Positions 9,277-18,119 of a stretch of 64,000 nucleotides of DNA are shown here, piece after piece; within the stretch, counting starts at the first letter, position 1, and every line of letters begins with the position of its first letter. The stretch covers positions 1-64,000 of the forward strand of contig CAWGJT010000007.1 in the NCBI GenBank assembly GCA_963822965.1. The letters run 5' to 3'. Both the position numbers and the translations under genes were made by a program. The DNA is from an uncultured delta proteobacterium (GTDB taxonomy: Bacteria; Myxococcota_A; UBA9160; UBA4427). The notes beneath the pieces are model-generated. The model had not been told where the DNA came from. It saw only the letters and a program-made list of their open reading frames with translations, and ran no database searches.

Positions 9277-11106
9277 TTGGCCTACCGCTTCGCAGGGTTC
9301 GAGCTCGACGAAGACCGCTACGAGCTTCGCAGCGGGGGAGTGGCGATCGAGCTGCAGCCGAAGGTCATGCAGGTCCTGCTGCATCTGGTCCGCAACGCGG
9401 ACCGGGCCTGCTCGAAGGACGAGCTCATCGAGTCGGTGTGGGCGGATGTGAGCGTGAGCGAGGCGTCGCTCGTTCGCTGCATCGCCCTCGCGCGCCGCGC
9501 CCTGGACGAGACCGAAGGCGACGCTCGCATCATCCAGACGGTTCGAGGGCGGGGCTATCGCATCGGAGTTCCCGTCGAGAGCGGGCAGCAGCCGGAGCCC
9601 GAGCCGGCCGAGCCCGTTCGCCGTCGCGCACGCCGGCCCTTCTTCCTGACCGCCGGCCTGCTCCTGGTCGTCTTCTCGTGGCTCGGCTGGATGGCCCGTC
9701 CGTACGCGGAGCTACCGGAGCTGGGGCGGGGAGAGATCGGAGGAGAGCTTCCGCTCACGTCGGTGGCGGTGATTCCGGGGGTCGCGAGCGGCCTGGGCTC
9801 CGAGACCCGGGGGCTCGCCGAAGGCGTGGCGCTCCAGACGATCGACCGGCTCGGGGAGGTCGCCGAGCTGCGGGTCGTCTCGCACGCGTCTTCGTTCGAG
9901 TCCTCCACCAGCGCGAGGCAGGGGGCACGCGAGATCGGCCAGCGCCTGGACGCAGGCACGCTGGTGTTCGAGAGAGCGGATCGGCACGGGCAGGCGCTGC
10001 GGGTCGTGCTCGAGATCGTCGACGCGGGCTCGGGCTTTCAGCGCTGGTCCCACTCCTACGAAGGTCGGGAGGAGGCGGCTCTCGAGCTGGGTGGAGAGGT
10101 CGCGGAGGACGTCGCCCGGGTGGTGGGCACCCTCGTGCACGCGGGTCCCGATTTCGTTCGAGGGCGCGGGAAGGTCACATCACTCGAGTACTACCTGCTC
10201 GGGCGTGTGGCGATCGAGCGGGCGAACCGCGCTCGGCTGCTCGAAGCGGTCGACCGCTACGAGCAGGCCATCGAGCTCGACCCTGCCTACGTGGATGCCT
10301 ACGTGGCGCTCGCCAACGCGTACGAGAAGCTGTGGAGCCACGACGGCTCCGGAGCCGGCTGGCTCGATCGCGGCGAGATCGCCGTCTTGAAGGCCCGCCA
10401 GCTCGACCCGGAGCACTCGGACGCGCTCGCCACCCACGCCACCCTGCTGCGTGCGAGGAGAGACTGGGATGCTGCGGAGAAGGCCTACCTTCGAGCGATC
10501 GAGTTCGGCGCCTCCGCCTATACCTACAACCGCTATGCGGCGATGCTCTGCATGTTGGGTCGGACCGCCGAGGCCGAGCCGCTGATCGAGCGAGCGCTGG
10601 AGCTCTCCCCTCCGGACGCGGAGATCCAGCGGACTGCGGGACGGGTCCAGCACTACCTGGGCAATCACCGGGCGGCCGCCGATCTCCTGCTTCGCGCCCT
10701 CGAGCTGGACCCGAAGGACACGGAGACCCCGCGCGTATTGGCAAGTGCGCTCGACGCGAGCGGACAGCACGACAAGGCACGGGAGGCCCTGCTGCTGCTC
10801 GCTCCCGAGACGCTTCGCCCGCTGCTTCGAATCCACGGCAGGCTCTTCCCGAGGGAATCCGGCTTGCGAGTGATGGTCGAGCTGGACATCGCGCGCACGG
10901 GAGAGGAGTGCCGGGGAGATGGTCTGGGCACCGCCATGGCCTGGGCGTTCATCGGCGACCGCGAGCGGATGCTCGAGTGCCTCGCCGAGAGCGTCGATGA
11001 CCATCTCTGGTACGTGCTCGTGGAGCCGGTCTTCGACCCCTATCGAGACGATCCGCGCTTCCAGGAGCTGCTGCTGGCGGGCGGGTTTCCGGTGAGCCGC
11101 CCCTGA
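9277..11106 (+). CDS. Membrane-anchored winged-helix (CadC/OmpR-type) regulator with TolB-like and TPR domains
   Basis: YRFAGFELD..LQPKVMQVLLHLV..SKDELIESVW..IQTVRGRGYR; TM helix FFLTAGLLLVVFSWLGWM; TPRs; FDPYRDDPRFQELL tail; start approximate. Confidence 0.88.
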   Translation: MAYRFAGFELDEDRYELRSGGVAIELQPKVMQVLLHLVRNADRACSKDELIESVWADVSVSEASLVRCIALARRALDETEGDARIIQTVRGRGYRIGVPVESGQQPEPEPAEPVRRRARRPFFLTAGLLLVVFSWLGWMARPYAELPELGRGEIGGELPLTSVAVIPGVASGLGSETRGLAEGVALQTIDRLGEVAELRVVSHASSFESSTSARQGAREIGQRLDAGTLVFERADRHGQALRVVLEIVDAGSGFQRWSHSYEGREEAALELGGEVAEDVARVVGTLVHAGPDFVRGRGKVTSLEYYLLGRVAIERANRARLLEAVDRYEQAIELDPAYVDAYVALANAYEKLWSHDGSGAGWLDRGEIAVLKARQLDPEHSDALATHATLLRARRDWDAAEKAYLRAIEFGASAYTYNRYAAMLCMLGRTAEAEPLIERALELSPPDAEIQRTAGRVQHYLGNHRAAADLLLRALELDPKDTETPRVLASALDASGQHDKAREALLLLAPETLRPLLRIHGRLFPRESGLRVMVELDIARTGEECRGDGLGTAMAWAFIGDRERMLECLAESVDDHLWYVLVEPVFDPYRDDPRFQELLLAGGFPVSRP

Positions 11107-11207
11107 GCCCCCCTCAGGCCCCGGCCCCTGACCGGCTTCTCGCCTGATCACCCGATCATCATCCATCGATCAGGAAACCCAGCGCTCTTCCAGGTACGTC
11201 TGACCGC

Positions 11208-11669
11208 GTGACCGCGGAGGGATGTCCCCTGGAGCGCCTGGTTCTCGCAGTCCTGATCGGCTTCGCCGTCCTGGCACCCTCGGGGCCAGCGCACGCTGAC
11301 GGGGTCGTCATCTCCTCGACACGCGTCGAGGGGACGCGCATCCACGTGACGCTCCGGAACGACGGGGCGACGGAGGCCCGCGCCCTCACGCTGGCGCTCA
11401 CCACGCGAGCGGGTGGATTCATGCTCGGGACTGCATCGCACCCGGTTCCGGCTCTGGGGCCGGGTGCGAGCCGTGAGATCACGCTGCCGCTCCCCGTCTG
11501 GGCTCCGGAGCGCCTGGACCTCCTCTCGGTGATCACCCAGCGGGGCTGCTGCACGACCCGCGTCGTCCTGCACCCGAACGAGGTGGAGGTCGAGGTCGCG
11601 CACCTCCTTCCCCTGCCCATCCCGCCACGTGACGATGCCGCACCGGCAGTCGGTGCGGACGCTCCGTGA
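11208..11669 (+). CDS. Secreted Ig-like (CARDB-like) hypothetical protein
   Basis: Signal peptide ending AHA; VTLRNDG..VPALGPGASREITL pattern. Confidence 0.6.
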   Translation: MTAEGCPLERLVLAVLIGFAVLAPSGPAHADGVVISSTRVEGTRIHVTLRNDGATEARALTLALTTRAGGFMLGTASHPVPALGPGASREITLPLPVWAPERLDLLSVITQRGCCTTRVVLHPNEVEVEVAHLLPLPIPPRDDAAPAVGADAP

Positions 11670-11698
11670 CGTTCCCCTCTTCACAAGTGGAGAGCCAC

Positions 11699-13789
11699 AT
11701 GAGTCACAACGCGCAATCTCGTCTCCCGTTCGTCGCTGCGGCCGCCACGGTCGTTCTGCTTGCCGCCACGGCCCAGGCCCAGATGTCGACGATTCCGATC
11801 GCGCTCACCGGCGAGCCCGCTCCGGGCGCGCCGGGCCGCACCTTCTACCTCTTCGGGGACGTGGCGATCCACGATTCGGGCCAGGTCATCTTCGGGGCCT
11901 TCCTGAACCAGAACGACACGACGAACGACCTGGGGATCTGGATCGGGACGCCGGGGAGCCTGGTGCTGGCGGTGCGCGAGGGGGACGAGGCGCCCGGCAC
12001 CGGCGGGATGCTCTTCGAGGCCTTCACGCCGGAGGACTACCTCACCCGCTTCACCCTGAAGCGCCCGCAGATGAACGGTGCCGGCGAGTTCGTCTTCGTC
12101 GGCGTCCTCAAGGGCGAGGAGACGACGCGCGGCGGCGGCGTCTGGTCGGGCACGCCCGGCAACCTGAAGCTGGTCGCACGCGCGGGCGACCCGGCGCCCG
12201 GGACGGCGGGCCGCACGTTCGCCTCGTTCCACATCCCGTACATCGACGAGGCGGGAAACGTCCTCTTCCGAGCCACTCTGGACGACCTCTCCCAGAGCCT
12301 CTGGTACTCGGGAGCGAACGGCCTGGTTGGCATCGTCGTCAACGGGCAGCCCGCTCCGGGCGGCTCGGGGCGGACCTTCTACTACCCCGGCGGCACGGAC
12401 AGCTACACGATGAGCCCCGGCGGTCGGATCATCGTCCGGGCCTCGTTCGAGGAGCGCCTCTCGCCCTTCGACGTGGCCGTCTGGGCGGGTGACCCCGAGG
12501 ACCTGCAGCTGCTGGCGGAGTCCGGAGGCACCGCACCGGGAGCCGAGGACGGATTCAACGGTCTCGCCGCGGCGCAGATCCTGGACGACGGCACCGCGCT
12601 CGTGTTGGCGAGCGTCGGCCTGCGTGGGCAGACGAGCTACGACGTCGGCTACTGGATGGGCACGCCGGGAAGCCTCCTTCCGGTCGAGGGCGCGCGAGTC
12701 GGCGAGATCGCCCCAGGCACGGCGCTTCCGTACCAGTTCATGGGTCTTCCGACCATGAACGACGCGCGTGAGCTGGTCTTCCTGGCCGACCTCGATCCCA
12801 CCTTGCACGTGAATCCCACGGACTTCGGAATCTGGACCGGAACGTCCGGCAACCTGCAGCTGATCGCTCGACAGGGCGAGCCGGCCCCGGGGGCCGATGC
12901 CACCTTCCGTGCTGCAGGCGGGAACACGAACCCGTTCCTGTCCCCTTCCATCAGCGCGCTGGGCACGGTCGTGTTCCAGGCCGGGCTCCTCACCAGCGAC
13001 TCCTACGCGGGCTACGGGCTCTGGATGTGGCGGGACGGCGAGCTCCAGTCGCTGGCCAACACGACGGTGCCCTTCGTCGTCGATCGCTGCGACGTTCGGC
13101 GCATGGTCTACGCGGACTTCAACACGAGCGGCCTCAAGGGCGGCACCGGCCTCGGTGGCATCTACGGCATGAACGCCCACGACCAGATCGCCTTCCTCGG
13201 GACCTTCCAGGAAGGGCCCGCCGGCGCCACGAGCGGCGGAGTGTTCGTCACGGGCGACCCGCCGCCGGACGACGGGGAGCCCTGCCCGATTCCACCCGTT
13301 CCCCCGAGCATCACGATCACGTCGCCCGTGAACGAGGAGGAGATCACCACCGCGGAGGTCCTCGTCGAGGGCACGGCGAGCGACGATTCCGAGGTCGTGA
13401 GCGTCGTGGTGAACGGAGTCGAGGCCGATCTCGTCTCGACGGGGAATCCCGACGCCCCGGCCGAGGTGTCCTTCTCGGTCCGCGTGCCGCGGGGTCCCGA
13501 CTTCTACACCATCATCGACGCCACTGCGACCGACGACTCGGCCAACGAGACCCAGACCTTCGTCTTCGTCTACAACGGCGAGATCGAGGAGCTCCTCGTC
13601 TGCGACGCCAACGGAGACGGCTCCGTCGACCGCGTCGACATCGGGCAGATCTTCGCCGCGCGCGGAAGCGAGGCCAGCGGCCCGGACGACGTGCGTGACG
13701 TCAACCGGGACGGCCTGATCAGCATCAACGACGGGCGCTTGTGCGTGCTCGAGTGCACGAACCCCGCCTGCGCTCCCACCCTTCAATGA
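11699..13789 (+). CDS. Secreted NxxGxxAF-repeat beta-propeller + Ig-like + C-terminal dockerin-like protein
   Basis: ATG 11699 with GGAG; ~7 repeats G[IV]W.G.PG.L.L..R.G..APG; PPSITITSP Ig domain; CDANGDGSVDRVDI..RDVNRDGLISINDGRLC paired Ca-binding loops. Confidence 0.85.
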   Translation: MSHNAQSRLPFVAAAATVVLLAATAQAQMSTIPIALTGEPAPGAPGRTFYLFGDVAIHDSGQVIFGAFLNQNDTTNDLGIWIGTPGSLVLAVREGDEAPGTGGMLFEAFTPEDYLTRFTLKRPQMNGAGEFVFVGVLKGEETTRGGGVWSGTPGNLKLVARAGDPAPGTAGRTFASFHIPYIDEAGNVLFRATLDDLSQSLWYSGANGLVGIVVNGQPAPGGSGRTFYYPGGTDSYTMSPGGRIIVRASFEERLSPFDVAVWAGDPEDLQLLAESGGTAPGAEDGFNGLAAAQILDDGTALVLASVGLRGQTSYDVGYWMGTPGSLLPVEGARVGEIAPGTALPYQFMGLPTMNDARELVFLADLDPTLHVNPTDFGIWTGTSGNLQLIARQGEPAPGADATFRAAGGNTNPFLSPSISALGTVVFQAGLLTSDSYAGYGLWMWRDGELQSLANTTVPFVVDRCDVRRMVYADFNTSGLKGGTGLGGIYGMNAHDQIAFLGTFQEGPAGATSGGVFVTGDPPPDDGEPCPIPPVPPSITITSPVNEEEITTAEVLVEGTASDDSEVVSVVVNGVEADLVSTGNPDAPAEVSFSVRVPRGPDFYTIIDATATDDSANETQTFVFVYNGEIEELLVCDANGDGSVDRVDIGQIFAARGSEASGPDDVRDVNRDGLISINDGRLCVLECTNPACAPTLQ

Positions 13790-13817
13790 GAACCGAGAGA
13801 GCAGAGAGGAACCTCCA

Positions 13818-14429
13818 ATGAGAATCCACCCCAATCGCATCTCCTCGATCGCAGCCGCTGCATCCGCTGCGCTCTGCATCGCCGCCTTCGCGCGGCCTGC
13901 TGCTGCGGTCGACATCGGCTTCGACCCGTCTGCCCAGGATGTCGAGCTCGGAGGCACGGCAGAGGTGGACATCGTCTTCTCGGACCTCGGCAACGAGATC
14001 ATCAGCGCCTACGACCTCGACATCACGTACGACACGGGCGTGCTCGACGCGATCGGCGTCGTCTTCACGACCGCGCTCGGCGAGGAGTCCTTCTTCGAGG
14101 TCTTCAACGACTTCGACGTCTCCACCCCCGGGCTCGTCGACCTGGCACAGCTCTCGCTGCTCCCGGACGCGGTGCTGGCCGCCGTCCAGGGCAGTGCCGA
14201 CGTGGTGGTCGCCACGGTCCTCTTCGATGCGGTGGGGGTCGGCACCACCGGGCTGGCGTTCTCGTTCGACGCCTTCAACGACGTGAAAGGCCGCGACGGC
14301 GCCGTTCTGCCGATCGTCGCCGGCGACGGCTCGGTCAGCGTCACGCGCCAGTCGTCCCCGGTCCCCGAGCCGTCCGCAGCCCTGCTGTTCAGCTTGGGTG
14401 CCCTGCTGGTGAGACGTCCTCGCCGGTGA
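13818..14429 (+). CDS. Cohesin-domain PEP-CTERM protein
   Basis: Signal peptide; PSAQDVELGGTAEVDIV..ISAYDLDITYDTGVL..VVATVLFDAVGVGTTGLAF cohesin-like pattern; VPEPSAALLFSLGALLVRRPRR. Confidence 0.8.
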   Translation: MRIHPNRISSIAAAASAALCIAAFARPAAAVDIGFDPSAQDVELGGTAEVDIVFSDLGNEIISAYDLDITYDTGVLDAIGVVFTTALGEESFFEVFNDFDVSTPGLVDLAQLSLLPDAVLAAVQGSADVVVATVLFDAVGVGTTGLAFSFDAFNDVKGRDGAVLPIVAGDGSVSVTRQSSPVPEPSAALLFSLGALLVRRPRR

Positions 14430-14457
14430 GGCTCACGCACTCTTCGGGATCGCCCGT

Positions 14458-14580
14458 TCAGTCGTAGAGCTCGTCGGGGTCGTAGAGCCGATGGCAGTAG
14501 CTGAACCCCTCGGTGCGGATCGGCGTCACGCGCCCGTTGATCGTCGGTAGCTCGTTCTGGCGCTCACGCAGCGGAATATG
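14458..14580 (-). pseudogene. Sulfatase C-terminal gene remnant
   Basis: Translates as HIPLRERQNELPTINGRVTPIRTEGFSYCHRLYDPDELYD*, resembling the sulfatase IRT...Y.HRLY..DELYD motif; no start codon. Confidence 0.45.
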
Positions 14581-14604
14581 CCGGACTCGACGTCGCGCGG
14601 TGCG

Positions 14605-15264
14605 TCACTGGTTTCCGTCGTTCCGCTCGGTCGCGTACCGGCCGACGAGCCCTGCGACGACGAACGCGATGTACAGCTGTCCGCTGACGGCCTCGAGTAC
14701 GGCCAGCGATCGGGCCGGCCCCGGCTCGGGGACGATGTCCCCGTAGCCCACCGTCGTGAGCGTCACGTAGGAGTAGTAGACCAGCTCGGCGAGCGGATTC
14801 TCGAGCTCTCGAACCGAGAGCCCGCGGCCCGTGATCGCTCCCGGCGACGCGATCTCGAGCATGCCGTAGACCGCTGCCCACAGGAAGCCGAGCAGCAGGT
14901 AGCCAGCGGCAGCGCCGGCGAGGGCGTTCGGAGACACGTCGCGCAGGCGCAGGAAGGCGGTCAGGATGATCCCGATCACCGTTGCGATCTGGACGGCGAG
15001 CAGGGCCAGGCCGATGCCGACCGAAGCGACCTGGCCGCTCGCCAGGCCCAGGTAGGAGAGGGCCAGCCCCAGGGCTCCCGTCAGCAGCGCGAAGAGGGCG
15101 ACCCCGGGTCGCCGCACGAGCGGGAGCACGGCCGTGCCGACGACGACGCCTCCGAAGACCCATGACACGGCGGGCGGCAGGAAGGGTGCGAGCAGGAAGT
15201 ACAGCGCGAAAGCGCCCAGCAGCGGAAAGGCCGACATCCTCGACAGGAACCCGGATGAGGTCAC
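14605..15264 (-). CDS. Potassium channel family (Ion_trans_2) membrane protein
   Basis: Multiple TM helices; YYSYVTLTTVGYGDIVP selectivity filter; start at GTG 15264 or ATG 15237. Confidence 0.9.
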   Translation of the reverse strand: MTSSGFLSRMSAFPLLGAFALYFLLAPFLPPAVSWVFGGVVVGTAVLPLVRRPGVALFALLTGALGLALSYLGLASGQVASVGIGLALLAVQIATVIGIILTAFLRLRDVSPNALAGAAAGYLLLGFLWAAVYGMLEIASPGAITGRGLSVRELENPLAELVYYSYVTLTTVGYGDIVPEPGPARSLAVLEAVSGQLYIAFVVAGLVGRYATERNDGNQ

Positions 15265-15487
15265 GATACGAGCGTAGTTCAGCCGAACGACCGCCTGAAG
15301 CTCGATCTTTCGTTCGGCGTCGCCGCTGTTGCACCCAGTCGAGCCGCGGGGCATCGTGCCACAGCCGTGCCGAGTCGGCGCGAGCGCGCACGGAGCACGG
15401 CGAAGCGATATCGTCACCCGCCGTCTTCCGCGGTCGCCGTGCCACGACACGGCTTCGCCGCATGCTGCCCGAGAAGGAACCGTCCCG

Positions 15488-16732
15488 ATGTCGATCACCA
15501 ACGGCTACGAGCTCATCCATCCCGACTACTACGGCCAGAACGGCCCGCCCTACGCCATCTGGGACCGCCTGCGCGCGGAGTCCCCGGTGCACTGGTGCGA
15601 GGTCGAGGACGTCGAACACTTCTGGGCCGTGACCCGCCAGGAGGACATCAAGTACATCTCGAAGACCCCCGAGCTGTTTCTCAGCGAGCCGGGGATCACG
15701 CTGATGCCGACGGACCGCGAGATCAACCGCGACGAGGGCATCGGTGCCATGCGTGTGGTCATCAACACCGACCCGCCGGTGCACCGCGACCTTCGCAAGG
15801 TGGCAAGCCCGTTTCTCACGCCGCGCTCGCTGCAGCGAATGCAGGACGTGATCGACAAGAGTGCGAAGGCCCTGGTGGACGAGCTCGCCGGTCAGGGCAA
15901 GGAGGGAGAGACGGACCTGGCCATGGGCGTCGCGGTCCGGCATCCCCTGCGCGTGCTCGCCAAGGCCATCGGCGTGCCCGAGGAGAAGGAGGCCCAGATC
16001 CTCGAGCTCTCGAATCGGCTCTTCGCGCCGGACGACACCGAGCTCGGTGGCGGGAAGACCAGTCCGGAGGACTTCGCGAAGCTGGGTCAGGAGTTCCTCG
16101 GGCTCTTCCTGCCCATCATCGAGGACCGGCGCAAGAATCCGACCGACGACCTGGCGAGCGTGATCGCGAATGCCCGGATCAACGGGGAGCCCATGGGGCC
16201 GATGGAGACCCTCGGCTACTACCTGATCGTATTCAGTGCTGGGCACGACACCACGAAGAACTCGCTCGCCGGCGGCTTCTGCCAGCTGATCCAGAACCCG
16301 GCCGAGTTCGCCAAGGTGCAGCGGGATCCTTCCCGCGCGCCCGATGCGGTGGAAGAGATGATCCGCTGGGCTTCGCCCGTGAACTACATGAAGCGGACGG
16401 CGGCCGCGGATACCGAGGTGAACGGCCAGAAGATTCGCGAGGGCGATCCGGTCGTGATGTTCTACGGCTCGGCGAATCGCGACGAGGCCGTCTTCGACGA
16501 TCCCTACCGCTTCGACATCGACCGCCACCCGAACCGGCACATCGCGTTCGGCTACGGCGAGCATTTCTGCATGGGCACCCACTTCGCCCGCCGCAGCATG
16601 CGCGCCATCGTCGAGCAGCTCGCCCGGCGGGTCGAGCACTGGGAGCTCGCCGCCGAGCCGGAGTGGATTCGCGCGAGCTTCGTGGTGGGTCTCAAGCACC
16701 TGCCCGTGCGGTACGAGATCCGGCCGAGCTGA
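15488..16732 (+). CDS. Cytochrome P450
   Basis: DPPVH, AGHDTT, EEMIRWASPV, FGYGEHFCMG heme motif. Confidence 0.95.
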   Translation: MSITNGYELIHPDYYGQNGPPYAIWDRLRAESPVHWCEVEDVEHFWAVTRQEDIKYISKTPELFLSEPGITLMPTDREINRDEGIGAMRVVINTDPPVHRDLRKVASPFLTPRSLQRMQDVIDKSAKALVDELAGQGKEGETDLAMGVAVRHPLRVLAKAIGVPEEKEAQILELSNRLFAPDDTELGGGKTSPEDFAKLGQEFLGLFLPIIEDRRKNPTDDLASVIANARINGEPMGPMETLGYYLIVFSAGHDTTKNSLAGGFCQLIQNPAEFAKVQRDPSRAPDAVEEMIRWASPVNYMKRTAAADTEVNGQKIREGDPVVMFYGSANRDEAVFDDPYRFDIDRHPNRHIAFGYGEHFCMGTHFARRSMRAIVEQLARRVEHWELAAEPEWIRASFVVGLKHLPVRYEIRPS

Positions 16733-16767
16733 GCAGGCCTCCGTCGCGCCACCCGGGCGGGCGAGGA

Positions 16768-17220
16768 CTACGAGCGCGCCTGGAGCCGGAACAGGTAGGC
16801 CTCGCCGACGTTCTCGTTGCGTGGGCGGTGCCCGTACTTCTTCTCGTAGGCGTCGCTGAAGCGATCGAACTCGTCCTGGCTCTCGACGCGCGAGGCGGTG
16901 AGCTCGTAGATCGTCTCGTTCACCCGCAGCCGCACCTTCGGGTCTGACTCCAGGTTCTCCACCCACTCGGCGCGGTTTGCGCCAGCGTGCACGTAGAGAC
17001 TCGGGCCGAGCGCGATCACCCAGATGTTGACCGAGTAGGGATCCGCGGGATGGGTCTCGAGCTGGATCGTGCCCACTTCGTCGGTGAACGCCCAGCTCTC
17101 GGGGACGGGCGCCGTCTCCCCCTCGAGGCGACCGCCGGGAAGGAGAGCCAAGGGGCCCCCGCAGCCAGACGTCGAGACGACCAGGGCGAGGACGACGAAG
17201 GAGAGGGGTCTGCCGATCAT
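16768..17220 (-). CDS. Lipoprotein, DUF2255 / split-barrel-like
   Basis: Lipobox STSGC; PGGRLEG..IQLET..PYSVNIW..WVENLESDPKVRLRV. Confidence 0.7.
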   Translation of the reverse strand: MIGRPLSFVVLALVVSTSGCGGPLALLPGGRLEGETAPVPESWAFTDEVGTIQLETHPADPYSVNIWVIALGPSLYVHAGANRAEWVENLESDPKVRLRVNETIYELTASRVESQDEFDRFSDAYEKKYGHRPRNENVGEAYLFRLQARS

Positions 17221-17293
17221 GGGACCTCCAGGATAGAGGAAGAAACGGGTCGGCTGCCCGCTGGCCCAGGTCGGCACCGAGGTGTGGCGGCGC

Positions 17294-17900
17294 TCAGGAG
17301 GCAGGATCGCCCGGCGCGTCCTCGATCCCGAGGGCCTGCGCGAGGAGCGCCGCCAACGCCAGCGCCTCGCGCTTGTCGGGCAGGCCCCAGCCGCAGCCCA
17401 GGGTTCCGCCGCCGCGCCGCTTTGCCTCCAGTCGGTAGAAGGCCCTCTGGCCCTGCTGCATGCCGACCTGCAAGGCGAAGCGCTCGATCTCTCCGGCGGT
17501 CGTGCGCCGCTCGCGGCCGGCGCCGAGCCAGCCCGAGCGAACGCGCAGCCCATCGCGATCCGCGCGCACGCGCGTGGAGGAGAGCCAGAGGCTCAGGGCG
17601 GCCAGCACGAGCAGCAGATCGAAGAAGCCGAAGACCACGGGAAAGAGGACGATGCCGAGGCCCACCCCCGTGAAGAGGACGCCCAGGACGGCCGCCGCGA
17701 CGATGCCTTCACGCTCTCCCTCGTGCAGGGACCGCGGCAGCAGGAAGAAGATCGAAGCGAGGCCGGTCGCCGCGAAGACGAGACCGAAGAGCCCGAGCGC
17801 GACGGCTCCGGCCGGCCCGCTCCTGCCGTGCGCAGCGGCGATGCCCGGGCCGAGCTCGCGGCGCGGAAGCAAGGACCACGACGGGTGTCCACGACGCATG
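17294..17900 (-). CDS. Membrane protein, possibly an internally deleted remnant
   Basis: Three to four TM segments then RVRADRDGLRVRSGWLG..VGMQQG..KREA; no convincing start. Confidence 0.45.
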
Positions 17901-18119
17901 CCTCTGCATCGTCCGATCGCGCGCTCGACTTGTCTCCGTGGGATCGGGCGGGACGCTCGAGATAGCGGCATGGGGCCTTGCGCCCCACCGGCGTTGCCTC
18001 GTGAACCTCCGCAGATCCTTCCGGCGTTTCTGCGATGCTCGGGGCGGTCGAACCGATGCTACTCATCGTAGACGGCGCGAGTCGGCGCGCCTCGAACTGG
18101 AGTCGACCCGGGAGGACCC

